A stretch of 64,000 nt of DNA, taken from positions 20,522,001 through 20,586,000 of the forward strand of contig NC_135251.1 in NCBI RefSeq assembly GCF_964204865.1, written 5' to 3'. Under the pieces are notes generated by a model. That model ran no database searches, was not told the DNA's origin, and saw only the letters and a program-made list of their open reading frames with translations. Both the position numbers and the translations under genes were made by a program. Positions 25,701 through 37,037 of the stretch are shown piece by piece; the stretch's first letter is position 1; each line of letters begins with the position of its first letter. Origin of the DNA: Styela clava (Eukaryota).

Positions 25701-27977
25701 GTAGTTCCTTGCTTTTCAATAAAAATACCTAGTTCTGCGGTAAACTTGTTCCCATCAGTTATTTTATGCATCATGTTTAAAAATAAAAAGTCAGAAATGA
25801 AAGCAAAAAAATAAACAAATGACAGTCTTATTAATGTAGTCATACCGAGGGTATGTGGTAAGGACATTTGCTTGTGGTCCCCAGAGACACCATCTCTGTG
25901 ACCCCCATGTGGGCCAGAGGGATGGATTCAACAAGAATTCCTTCGTTCCTTCTGAAATGACTTGCCGTGCATGCACTTTGACTTACAGAGCTTTTTGAAA
26001 AAAAATTCTTTTTATATTTCTGGACCTTTTTTATCAAGCTTGTCGTGTTTTTTTTTGTTGTCACAGGTTTGAAAAAAATCAGCAAGGAAAGGTAGATACA
26101 ACAACTAAGAGCGTTTTCAATGAAAATGATAAGTTAGCAATTTCAACTCACAAAATGTTAGGTAGGTTGAGTACATTATTTTGCTGTTGTAATGTAATCA
26201 AACTTGTCATCAAGGTTCACATATTTGGGTCCAAAATCACACATAACTGTAAGGGAGCTCGAGCTTAAAAGTTTTTTCCTGTATAACTTTTATATGCATA
26301 TAAACAGTATTTCTTTTCTTAGACCAGAGGTTTTTCTCCTTTTTCATTTTCCTATATTCCTAAAGAGAATTTGTCACATTTCTCATTATTGTTGTATCCT
26401 TTATGTAGGGGTGGGATTTCCGGGAATTAGCGCAGGTAGCAGTTTGACAAAGTCATTATAATCAGCATAGGTAAAATATAAATCCTGACAAAATATTACA
26501 CAATTCTATGATGTAACTTATGAGTATACCCAGTGAAGATTAAAGTTCATTTGGTCAAGCTCCCAAGATTGTAGAGACAAGGGTTCAGCTCTGTTTTCTT
26601 GTTGGAACTACACTCGTATATCTGCATTTACCAGAGTTGGCATGTCAAAATTTTGAGCAAAATTTCTATAAGTGTGGAAGTCACCATCAAATCTGAAATT
26701 TGGCAAAAATTGCAAATTTGTTTATTGTTAATCAAGAGTCAATTTTCTTGTTCCACAGTCGCCCTCATACGCTCATGAAATTGGTAGTGAAGGTTGTCTT
26801 GTTTTTAATTTTTATATAAATACATTCAGGTATTGAAGAAGCTGGTTCAATTGATCCTGATTCCACCATATTTCATCCTTTCAATACTTTGTCAGATGCT
26901 TCTCATAATTTGTATAAATGCCTCAATGATTTACGAAAAGTTTCCAATATGTCTCCCGGTTCTCATCCAGAAGAGGTTGTTTTGAATGATATGTGAGTTG
27001 TTGCAGGTCTTGAACATAGTTTTTTTTTTGTACAATAATTTAATAGGACATAGCTTGCACAATTTACCATATTTTGTGGACCATAAGGGCAGGCACTCTT
27101 TAATACGTTTTTTTCTTCTAAAAACTTGATCGTGTCCTTTATAAGCCTAATGTTTGGATCAAAGCTTTATTGCTCACTCTTAAAATCATTAACAGAAGGG
27201 GTTGTGCCTTATGTATGGACAAAACCCCGATCTGAGCAATTTATTGATTGATCAATTTATAGATAGAACCACCTGGTCTACCAATGCCAAAAATTGAGTC
27301 AAATGTATATTTAAGGGTGGTGGTTATGAAATGAAGTCATTCTTTATAACTATTGTACCAGAGAGTTTGCCCTAAAAATTTCCATATATTAATTTTCCAA
27401 TCGTACTGAACCAGGCGAATGAGATGAAATTCGCTTTTATTTTGTAACATTAGTCATCTTATTGTAGTATAACACCTAATCTTAAACATATTTCTAAGGT
27501 CTGACGCGATGTCAAATTGCAAGAGTTTGCTACAAACACAGAACAGCCAGCATGATAGTGGTGATCATGATAATGTGGTTCTTACTCCGGATGAGGTCAC
27601 TGAAATGACAAATCATATACAAAGTGAATTTCAGAACTTGTCAGGAATAGTTACACGTTGCACAAAAGAGGTATGCATTCAGTTTCTAGCATTTTTCTTT
27701 AATCGCAATGCTCTGGAAAAATTATTAGCACCAATGAAGTATAAAATAAGTTGAATTTCATCCCTTTGTTCATCTTTAACATAGCAATATGCTATCCATT
27801 GTCGGAATGCAGCTTTTGATGCATGTCTTCATTGCGGTTCTATTTTCTGAATTGTTTTAGATTGATCAGAAGAAAAACTTCTTGCAATACAATGAAAGAG
27901 CAGCCAAAATGCGTACTTTGTGGATAGATTTCCACTTGAACCCAAGCAAATTACCCAAGTTGGACGTGGAGGATTGA
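19770..27977 (+). CDS. HAUS3: HAUS augmin-like complex subunit 3; 13 exons: 19770-19883, 20452-20620, 21046-21248, 21711-21770, 22221-22334, 23059-23201, 23877-24011, 24214-24397, 25353-25510, 26067-26161, 26830-26992, 27499-27670, 27861-27977 (~608 aa)
   Basis: All junctions are GT-AG and phase-compatible (1827 nt total). NILTPTELEQYNIIKTQG, LLSQ..EEK...FVKKQFF, LLTGDY..RQQYFIEKQ and QQARLDLL resemble HAUS3; length agrees. Confidence 0.8.
19951..20361. mobile_element. hAT-type MITE, older relative of the 41.1-43.1 kb element
   Basis: Termini CAGGGTCGGAGAA / TTCCCCAGCCCTG; 8-bp flanks ATTAATTT / ATTCATTT (1 mismatch); GGAGCT/GAGCC subterminal words. Confidence 0.65.
21291..21637. mobile_element. 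Tc1/mariner-pogo-type MITE; related copies at 22390-22630, ~27065 and 35451-35706
   Basis: TA-flanked inverted ends TACTGTATTTAACAGACC / GGTCCGTAAAATACTGTA, with AAGGCGCAC-like internal words shared by the other copies. Confidence 0.6.
23222..23640. repeat. AT-rich minisatellite, 5 copies of an ~83-88 bp unit, in HAUS3 intron 6
   Basis: The unit ATTGTTTTAATTAAAATTT..AAATTACATT..GAAAAATTGAATAAATGGAAATTAAATTGATAGTC is repeated in tandem. Confidence 0.95.
23716..23806 (-). mobile_element. tRNA-derived SINE head or tRNA pseudogene (family B)
   Basis: Minus strand has A-box TGGCCTTGTGG, B-box GGTTCAAATCC and 3' GCCCACCA; the cloverleaf does not close properly. Confidence 0.6.
24674..24784. mobile_element. 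Short palindromic MITE
   Basis: CTCCAGAAGTATGCGCACCAAGATG..GCACAA is inverted against TTGTGC..CATCTTGGTGCGCATACTTCTGGAG. Second copy at 50933-51042, fragment near 53695-53720. Confidence 0.88.
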
Positions 27978-28439
27978 TAATCATTCGGTTTGCTCTTCTT
28001 GCAATTTATTACGGTTTTGTTTAGTAAAATTTCAATCATTGTCTGTTTTCAAAAATAATATTCGTTTCAGTTTTTCATTTTTCTCAAAATTTTACATATA
28101 ATATTGTATTCCTTATATTTTTTGCAAATAAAAACGACTTTTCAATTGCGAAGTTTTCTTATTTGCAAACGAACAGTGCATAGAGACCTAAATTTGGCTG
28201 GGCAGATTTTGCAATTTGCACAAGATCCACAGTGTCGAGTTTTTCGAAACATCTATTTATTTTATAGCTATTGATGAGTTGTTCATGGGAAAACTTGGTG
28301 GCGTTCCGATTATGATAGCCTGAAGTATATGGAGTTGTGAAACTTTAAATATTTAAGTCTTTGGCTATGAGAATATGACATTGTTTACTTGAAATAGGTG
28401 CTCCAAAGACGCAGCAAAGTTTATTGTTTGTGTTGTATA

Positions 28440-28722
28440 CAGGGCCGGGTTTTAAGTAGCATTAGTTAAATGTTTAGTATTTCGCCAAACCTTCAATGAT
28501 GTTAAAAAGCGTCGGTAGTTATACGTTTAAATAGCGTTTCACCATAACTTCAACACTGTTATGAATGTTCCGTGCCGTACGTTTGTTACGTAAAACAGTA
28601 AGAGTCGTCAGACCAACACGATTTATTTCAGTAAACACTGAATCGCCATTGTTCGGTGATAGCCCCTTTCCTTTGGTGCCTCAAGCACATGCCCATTTTG
28701 CTTAATGATTAATCCCGCCCTG
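28440..28722. mobile_element. hAT-type MITE between HAUS3 and AP1M1
   Basis: Ends CAGGGCCGGGTTTTAA / TTAATCCCGCCCTG; flanks GTTGTATA / GTTGTATG (7 of 8 bp TSD match). Confidence 0.7.
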
Positions 28723-29093
28723 GTTGTATGGAATTAGGCAAACTTGAAGATGAAGCAAATGCTATTGCAGCCGCATGCAGAAATGATTGCTATCAATAGA
28801 ATATTTTTTTTAAAAGTATTCTTTATTTCCTTGAAAGCGTTTTGGTGTTTTATTTACCTTATTTCACTCAGCAAACTGAATCAGCGGACATTGTGGGTGT
28901 CGCTGCATAAAGACCTTTTGAGGTCCCTCGCGACTCTCCTGTCACAGAATTGTTAAGTTTGTTTCCCTTTGTTAATTGTAAAGTTTTTTCCTGTGATAGA
29001 TTATTATTGTGTTGACGAATAAAAGACTGATATTCGCTAATTTTTAGTTACGTGCTTGTGTTTAACTTTGTTCTCATTAAGACCACATAAGCT

Positions 29094-29235
29094 CGGCGAT
29101 GTGGCGCATCGTGTTAAGCTCTAGAAATACGCTCGCCACCGCATCTCTAATTACCCCTGCGTGGGTTCGCAGGTTGAAATCCCGTGGGTGATATTTATGT
29201 GCGAGAGGATCGCTGGACTTCTTTTTTGAGGGTGC
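29094..29235 (+). mobile_element. tRNA-derived SINE family A, head fragment
   Basis: GTGGCGCATCGTGTTAAG...ATACGCTCGCCACCGCA...AGGTTGAAATCCC aligns with the 39.7 kb copy. Confidence 0.8.
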
Positions 29236-29321
29236 CGCTACTCGATAACCAATGTTGTATTTCTGCGTCTCCACTCACTCTGAAACCATAATTTAGTGCT
29301 TGTGCAGCGTGATTTCAATAT

Positions 29322-29448
29322 GGCGCGGTGGTGTGGCTCATCGTGCTAAGCGTTAGGAATATGCTCGCCACCGCGTGGTTTGTCATATGGTTAATCCGTC
29401 TTATCGGCTTTCCTCTCCCGGGGATAAATATGTAAATCCTATCCTATT
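29322..29448 (+). mobile_element. tRNA-derived SINE family A, internally deleted (head fused to tail)
   Basis: Head GTGGCTCATCGTGCTAAGCGTTAGGAATATGCTCGCCACCG is joined directly to tail CGTGGTTTGTCATATG...GGGGATAAATATGTAAATCCTATCCTATT. Confidence 0.8.
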
Positions 29449-29692
29449 ACTGATTAACTGGCTTAACTTTAGGATGAATCAATTTTTTTACGACTTCAAC
29501 TCGAATTTGGGTAATTTGGGGCTTCTGTCGGTGACGTGGCTGGTGGCAATACCGGTAAGGTTTTAATGGGGTCAAGGGTCGAGGAAGCAACCGGTAAGGA
29601 GATTTTGTTTCAGCACTTTCAGAGCCATATTGCTGTTCTATCTATCTATCGTTACGTCTGTCGGCAAACTTGGGTGGAATCACAAAACTACG

Positions 29693-32600
29693 ATGGTTGC
29701 TTCAGCTATTTATATATTGGATTATAAGGGAAAGGTAATGTTCAGAAAATTGTATCTCTATCCTTGGTACAGCAGCACAGTACAATTTCCACGGTTTCCG
29801 TATGCATTTAGTGTATTTCATGTGTGGTGAAAAAATAAACTACTGATTACTGATTACTGATTCCACGCAATGGAGAAATAGAAACGTAGGGTAACGTTGT
29901 TACCGGAACCGTCTGACCGTACCGGTACCGGTACCGTACTAAATAAGAAGTGAAAGCCAAAATTTAATCCTAACTTACCACGGTACCGGTACCGGTAAAC
30001 TGGTGCAGGAACACCTGCATGTCTGCCGTTGTTATACAGTAATGGTACGGTCCGACAGTCGGCAGGTCGGGAACCGTTCAAGCCAACATTGCTCAAACTC
30101 TATTTACTGATTTACCAAGTTTTATAGTAAAGTCCAACAGGATAAATACTGAAATATAAAATTCCCAGACACTTAAATATGAGAAATTTGATAAATCTGT
30201 GGTACCGACATATTGATAATGTTATACGAATACTGAAAGAGTTTTATTTTATCTCAAAAAAAAATTTGGAAATTGTTTTATTTTAAATATAAATTTATTT
30301 TATTTTGCTTTTTAGGTTCTAATATGCAGAAATTACAGAGGAGATATTCCTATGAATACAATAGACAATTTTCCCAAGTTATTGATGGAACAAGAAGATG
30401 TATGAATTATTTTTCAATCAATATATTTTTTACTAAGAGGCTAACTATGCAACGTTACTTGGAAACTATGGAAATGATATTTCTCTCTTTTATATATATT
30501 TTTAAAAAGATTTTGTTTTTAACAATTTACGAACAATTCTAATTTTAATGAAGGAGTAACACTATGTTAACACCTCGCATACTAATAGGGGGCATTGCCG
30601 GAGCTGGCAAGACACTCCTGGTAAAGTAGCTCCATTCTGCTTAACGTACCTCCCTGCCCTGATGAAGTTTTTCTGTATAGAAATTCGAAACGTCGGCAAA
30701 TTACATCGTTTTGCTAACACCGGTTGTGCTTCATTTATCATCAACGTACCTCGCCTAATGTTAATGATAGTTTTCTTTTATATGACATTTCATCTCCTTC
30801 ACATTGGGTAAGGCCCTGCATAAGCAAACTGTCCATTTCAGCATTTCCTACCCTATTTACTATGCTTGGTTGTCAACGGGTTAAACAATAGAGAATTGAA
30901 TACAGCACCTGAGAGTCTTTCTCCAAATTGTCTGTTTTCATATCAATAGTAGTTTAGTTTAAATATATAAAATTAATATCATCTGTCTATTTCAACTCAA
31001 ATATTTTTCTGTGTGCATTTTTAGGAAGGCGCAATGTCACCAATCATTCAGCATGGAGATGTTACTTTTATTTTCATCAAATTTAGTAATTTGTATGTTG
31101 TTGCTACAACAAATAAAAACGCAAATGTTATGATGATAACAAGTTTTATGCACAAAATGTGTGAGGTAAGCATAACTCATTTGTGTTGCTAATCATATAT
31201 TCTTACCCTTTGCTCCAAACAAGATCTTGTACAGATAACCACTTATATCCAGCATTGCTTACCTAATTTGATACGCCTTGGGTATGGTAAGGGGCATGAG
31301 GTAAGGGGCATGGGATATGAGATGTGCAAGCTACAATGTCATCATATTCAAGTGTAATGCTTTTACCATCAGGAATTCACGCCCAATCTGTTATGTTTTA
31401 TATTTCAATTCAACGAAAACGATTTTATTACTCATGTGACACATTCTGAAAAAAAATACTATTTACGCTAACAATGTAAATTTTGAATATAGTGTTGATT
31501 TCAAATCTCATATAGCTTAAATTTTTTCAGTTATTTCCAGACCATACAAAAGTTCCATCTTTGATTGGTCAGCATAGTTTTTATGATACTCAAAAGTGGT
31601 AGTTTCTCGTGTAATATGATCAGCAATTGGGGGGGGGGGTCACCTCTCCCCAGGAATGAATATGAAATTTCTATCCTATGTAAATTATGTATATTTTGAA
31701 TAAAATGAGTTTAAATGCATGGAAGATATGATTTCTCTGTGGTGTAAATTTTAAAAGTTTACAAAATAGAAATTGCTTTTTATAAATGGAAACTGTTGGT
31801 CTTCAAAGACCCATTTGATATTTTTTTCGGTGCTTATGCCTACATATATGTGATTGATTACTCAACATTTTGTATATGTTAATGAGTTTAAACTAAATAA
31901 TTTGGTGTTTATTTTTTAGATCTTCTGCCATTATTTCAAAGAATTAGAAGAAGAATCCATAAAAGATAATTTTGTTATTGTATATGAACTTATGGATGAA
32001 GTGATGGATTTTGGATTGCCACAATTTACTGATCCGAAAATCTTACAAGAGTAAGTTTTTGCAAATATTTTATTTCTGTCATCACATCTAGACTGTCTGC
32101 CTTTTAGGAACTTTTTTGCTAGATTGTTGCTATTGAGATGATTGTTGCTGTCGTTAGAAGGTTATCACTTTTTTCAAAATTTTGAGTCCTATGTGACACT
32201 ATATTTTACTCAAAACTTTGATGTTTTATTTAAAGGGGAACACTTTTTAGTCCATTGTGCTTGATTGCCTTCGTCATGTTTTTCGTCCGGTTTCAGCAAT
32301 CTCTGTGCTTCCAAGCTTTACCATACCAGAAAAATATGAAATCTTCTGTGTCCATATATTAGAGAATCGCTCTATTGTTTAACAGAATATTAAATTTTAA
32401 ACTTTTGTATTATCATGTTTAGTCATTTTAACTTCTTTTTATTAGGTATATCACCCAAGAAAGCCATAAGCTTGAAATTCAAACACGGCCTCCTTCAACA
32501 GTGACCAATGCTGTTTCATGGAGGTCTGAAGGCATCAAATACAGAAAGAATGAGGTGAATGTAGTTTTTCAGTTGATGATTCTTAAAATTCGTCTGTTGT

Positions 32601-35600
32601 TCCATTTGTTCCTGGTACATCAGATGTACGGTATATATATCCCATGTTTATACTGTGAGTCCAGCAATCCTCATATACATATTTATTCCTCACAGGATTA
32701 AGACCTGCGGACATTATTTATTAGGAGGTAATTGGATGTGCGACGGTAAGCGTATTTCTAGCTCTAGTTGTGCTACATCAAGCGAAGCGTCTGTAAACAA
32801 GTATTTACGATATTTGCCAACATTTTTTTTTCTAAAAATAGTTATTTGCTGAGATTGCTAATCTTTGTTATTGTTACGATACTTTATGCAGTTTCTTTCC
32901 ATTTTCAGGTTTTTCTTGATGTTATTGAATCAGTTAATCTCCTGGTTAGTGCAAATGGTAGCGTTCTAAGATCAGAGATTGTCGGCAGTGTCAAAATGAG
33001 AGTGTTCTTGACAGGGATGCCTGAATTGAGGTTGGGACTCAATGATAAAGTGTTGTTCCAGAACACAGGAAGTAAGTATAAAGATTTACTTCACAGCGAC
33101 TCGAACTTCATTTTCCCACTTTTTAATAGGACTCTGAACAAAGCCCTGTGTAAGCAGCAATTCTAACCATATTTAAGGAGCTACTATTTTCTGGAAGGAC
33201 GCCTATCCAATTTATCACGCTCTGGTTTTAGGGGTGGCTAGGGCTGGACTTTTCGAATCGAATAGTGAATTATTCGAATCGGTTCAGACGAAGATATCAA
33301 ATCGCCGCCATCTTGTTTTTTGTTCGTCTGCCATATGTCGAGATGAATCCCTCTACTATTATTGAAGCCATGTTTTTAAAATGCAATTCTGGCGTATTCT
33401 GACTCTTTTCTTCCTAGAGAGGTCTTAATTGTGTGTGAACACTCAGTGAACTGAGTGAGTGATAGATTCTATGTTTTCAGTGATTTATGTGGAGAAGCCA
33501 TAGCAATAAGGAGGCAAATATAATTACATATCTTCCTAGTATTCAAGATTCGATTTGTTTTGAAAAAACAACCACTAGGTCATTGCGCTGGGCACGATAT
33601 GTCTTATTCTTTGGATTTGTTAAGCATCCACTTTTCCTTGGGCCATTCTGGTTTCATTTTTAATAATGCACTTTACACGAGTATAAATTCGATTTCTGTA
33701 GGAGGGAAAAATAAAGCCGTTGAAATGGAAGATGTGAAATTTCATCAATGCGTTAGATTGTCAAGGTTTGAAAATGACAGAACTATCTCATTTATTCCTC
33801 CTGATGGGGAATTTGAACTGATGTCCTACAGGCTCAACACCCATGTGAGTAGATTTTCGAACTAGTTCATTCCTAATTATTAATGGTTGCTTGTTCATAG
33901 GAACCATACTATTGTTTTCTACACATGAGTGACAACATGATCGAATCTATAAATATAGTTAGGGCAGGGCTTCTCAAACTGAGCCCTCAGCCTCCCGCAA
34001 AGGAGGCCCATGAGCAAAGACCTTGAGGTACCATTTGTGATGACTGCATCAATATAAAGTAAATTAACTTTGATTTTTTCAATTCTTTGACCTGATTTAT
34101 TTATTGTTTGATTCCGTAGTTGGCTTCTTATCGTAGGTTAATGCTGCGTATAACCTTATCTAATGTTAAAAATCTTGAAAGTTCAAAAACCACTGGTAAA
34201 GTCTGATTACATTTTCTATATTACAGGTCAAGCCATTGATATGGATAGAATCTGTAATAGAGAGGCATTCACACAGCAGGGTTGAAATAATGGTTAAAGT
34301 AAGTATTTACACTACTGTTAGTATGATTAGTTATTTTGAATAATTTAATAATAATATTTCTCTCAATGGATAATTTGCAGAATTTCAGTTAAATTCTATT
34401 AAAATATCATCATCTTTTTTAATGAAAGAGCGAGTATGTATAAATATTGTGGAAAAGAATTGTCGTTCTGATTCGTCAGTTTTAATACTATCACAAGTAG
34501 GAAGAAGACAAAGACAAAAGGCCTTCAATTCAATACACAATATCCTAGTACTTTCTATTAATAATTTTAATTTTGGGATACTTTCATTAAACTAAGGGGC
34601 TATTCGAAAAATGTACTATTCCTCTATCTTTGACAAACTAGAAATTGGTAACAATGAGCTGTTACAATCCGCACTATAAATAACCCTTTACTCATCTCTA
34701 AAATTTCAGGCGAAAAGTCAATTCAAAAGAAGATCAACTGCAAATAATGTTGAAATCCATGTATCGGTACCAAATGATGCTGATTCACCGAAGTTCAAAA
34801 CTACGGTTGGTAGTGTGAAATGGGTTCCAGAACAAAGCATAATTGTGTGGACCATAAAATCATTCCCGGTAAGCAGTGGAATAGATTTTGGTAGTTCAAT
34901 GATTTGATTGAATTGAACTTCATTTTAGATAGTATCTGTTGGTCATTGTATTTCATACATAGGCTTGTCATCTATTATAATCTTGTCAGTTTGTCACCGC
35001 GATTTTCTTAGCAAATTTTACTAAGGATCCCATTTCCTCTGGATAGAATATAACACTCCTTCAGTATCTCTTTACCAAATTTGCCTACTAGACACAATAC
35101 ACGACACGGTCTCGAGCCATCTCTTGGATGTTTTTCAATATAAACTTGTTTTTTAATCAATAGACTTTCAGATCATTAAAAGTCGTGAAGGTAAATTTTT
35201 TATAATTATTCCTAATAGGGTGGAAAAGAATATCTGATGCGAGCTCATTTTGAATTACCAACTGTTGAGAGTGAAGAAATCGAAGGAAAACCTCCAATAC
35301 GTGTCAAGTTTGAAATTCCATATTTTACTACATCAGGAATACAGGTATGCTGTAGATTGGTCGTGGGCAGTTGTTTTTCAGCACAACCTCATTTGGCTGC
35401 AAGAAAAACATTATTTTTGTCTCATAATAAAGACATATCAAAGTTTATTTTACCGAATTTTACGCACCATGAGGCTCACTGTCAATAAATTGCTTAGATT
35501 GAATATATTGGGTTTTTGTTCAAACATAAGGTGCACAGCCACTACGGTGATTTATATATAAAACAAAGTATCAGCCAGCACTGGTCTTGAGTGTAGGCAA

Positions 35601-37037
35601 TAAGCATTAAGCAGCAACTGATCCTTACGTTAGGTGCACATCGGCTTATAAGGCACTCGATAGATTTTGAAAAAATAATAGGATTTAAAGTGCACCCTAT
35701 GGTCTGTTCATTGGTCATAGACCGTGCTAACCGGGGCGGGGGAGCTGAAAGTTTGAAAATACAATGGCTCTTGAGCTTCATTTTTTAAATCAGAGCTGGG
35801 CTATTTAGTCTTTTACGTTTTCGTCCACTACTATGAAGCACTAGTCTGAATGTAGTTTTATGGTAGTGGGATGCAAGTTGTTACGCAACAATTAATTATA
35901 CCAGTGTTTGGACATTTTATAAATTTAACTTGAAACCTAAAAATTAAATAAGGAAAAAAAATCATAAGCTGAAAAAGGATAGTTTTATTTTATTATTTGT
36001 ATGTATGTGCATGAGAATGTTACAATAGTAAAAAGCAATGAGCATCATGTTGTTAGAAAAATGAATAAATGTGATTGTGATATTTATCTCAATGCCTCTC
36101 CTTTTTACAGGTTCGCTATTTGAAAATCATTGAAAAAAGTGGTTATCAGGCGTTGCCATGGGTTCGATACATTACACAAAACGGAGGTTGGTTGAATGAA
36201 CTATTACATCTATCAGAGAGTATTTGCTAGGAATGTGAAATAACAGATGGGCCAAAAAACAGAACCTATACATTTTTTAATCAAGGTCTCAGTAATCGAG
36301 GATGCTTTGCACAAAAGTTATGTTCTCTCTAAAACAGGGGTTCCCTAACCAGGGGTTGCGACTCCAAATTGGGTGATGAGTAGGTAGGGTCGCAAACAGG
36401 TCATGGGGGCGCTGAGGTATGGTAGAGGATGGATGTACAAAACATCTAAGATTTGACAAACCATGTTAAATTTAGCAGTTTGTACCATGGCTTACTGTAA
36501 AACAGGCACCGCTCTATGCCTATGCTATTGAAAATGTAGGTGATAATTGTGACATCACTGTTTGGTTTTAGCTTATTTTACTTGATACCATCACATGACC
36601 AATCTCAAAAATCCAGTGAAAAAAGCTATAAAGTTCCATGAAAAATATATATATTGATCTGGGGTCGCACTGGACACTTGAAAGCTTGGGTACCCTGCTC
36701 TAGAATTTGTTCCAAAGGTTTGGTTCTGTTTTTTTTGGCGCCACCCTGTATATGAGAAATGCCTCTTTTTCTTCATACCAAAATACTGTGCATAGAAGAG
36801 TTAGGTCAATATATGTTTGGAATATAATGAAATGGCTGATGATGACTTTTGAGTCTAAGCTGAATTCTCAACTTGAAAAACAATAAAGTTGGATAATTTC
36901 GATTTTTGTTATACGATGCCTCTGTGAAAGAGGACTCTCATCGTCTAAATCCGACCTTTCGATATTACTACACTTATTGAAAAATATTTGAATGCCTTTC
37001 ACTTTATTTTGCAGACTACCAATTACGGACCAACTGA
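29693..37037 (+). CDS. AP1M1: AP-1 complex subunit mu-1; 12 exons: 29693-29734, 30316-30399, 31025-31165, 31920-32050, 32446-32554, 32909-33071, 33702-33844, 34227-34298, 34710-34868, 35219-35344, 36111-36186, 37015-37037 (422 aa)
   Basis: MVASAIYILDYKGK|VLICRNYRGD, ELEEESIKDNFV, VSWRSEGIKYRKNE|VFLDVIESVN, DVKFHQCVRLSRFENDRTISFIPPDGEFELM, SGYQALPWVRYITQNGDYQLRTN*. All junctions GT-AG and in frame. Confidence 0.97.
30571..30757 (+). mobile_element. Short Penelope-like pLTR / retrozyme-like insertion in AP1M1 intron 2
   Basis: Flanked by the direct repeat ATGTTAA (30564-30570, 30758-30764); contains a hammerhead core; internal repeat AACGTACCTC occurs twice. Confidence 0.6.
30655..30698 (+). 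ncRNA. Minimal type I hammerhead ribozyme motif (Penelope-type)
   Basis: TGCC-CTGATGA-A-G TT TTTCT GTAT AGAAA TT C-GAAAC-GTC-GGCA: stem I TGCC/GGCA, intact CUGAUGA and GAAA core, hairpin stem II, palindromic ACGT helix III, GUC cleavage triplet. Confidence 0.75.
33239..33578. mobile_element. Probable degenerate hAT-like MITE with ATTCGA/TCGAAT subterminal repeats
   Basis: TAGGGCTGGACTTTTCGAATCGAAT... at the left end, ...ATTCAAGATTCGATT..AACCACTA at the right end; no clear TSD. Confidence 0.4.
36335..36697. mobile_element. hAT/Charlie-type MITE in AP1M1 intron 11
   Basis: Ends CAGGGGTTCCC / GGGTACCCTG; flanks CTCTAAAA / CTCTAGAA (Charlie-like nTCTAGAn target); GGGTCGC repeats. Confidence 0.75.

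Noticed and set aside
36834-36865. Second hammerhead-like CTGATGATGAC..GTC
   Set aside because: The GAAA core and stem I are missing. The other CTGATGA words I checked (~40885, 40907, 44757, 60222) also lack the fold.
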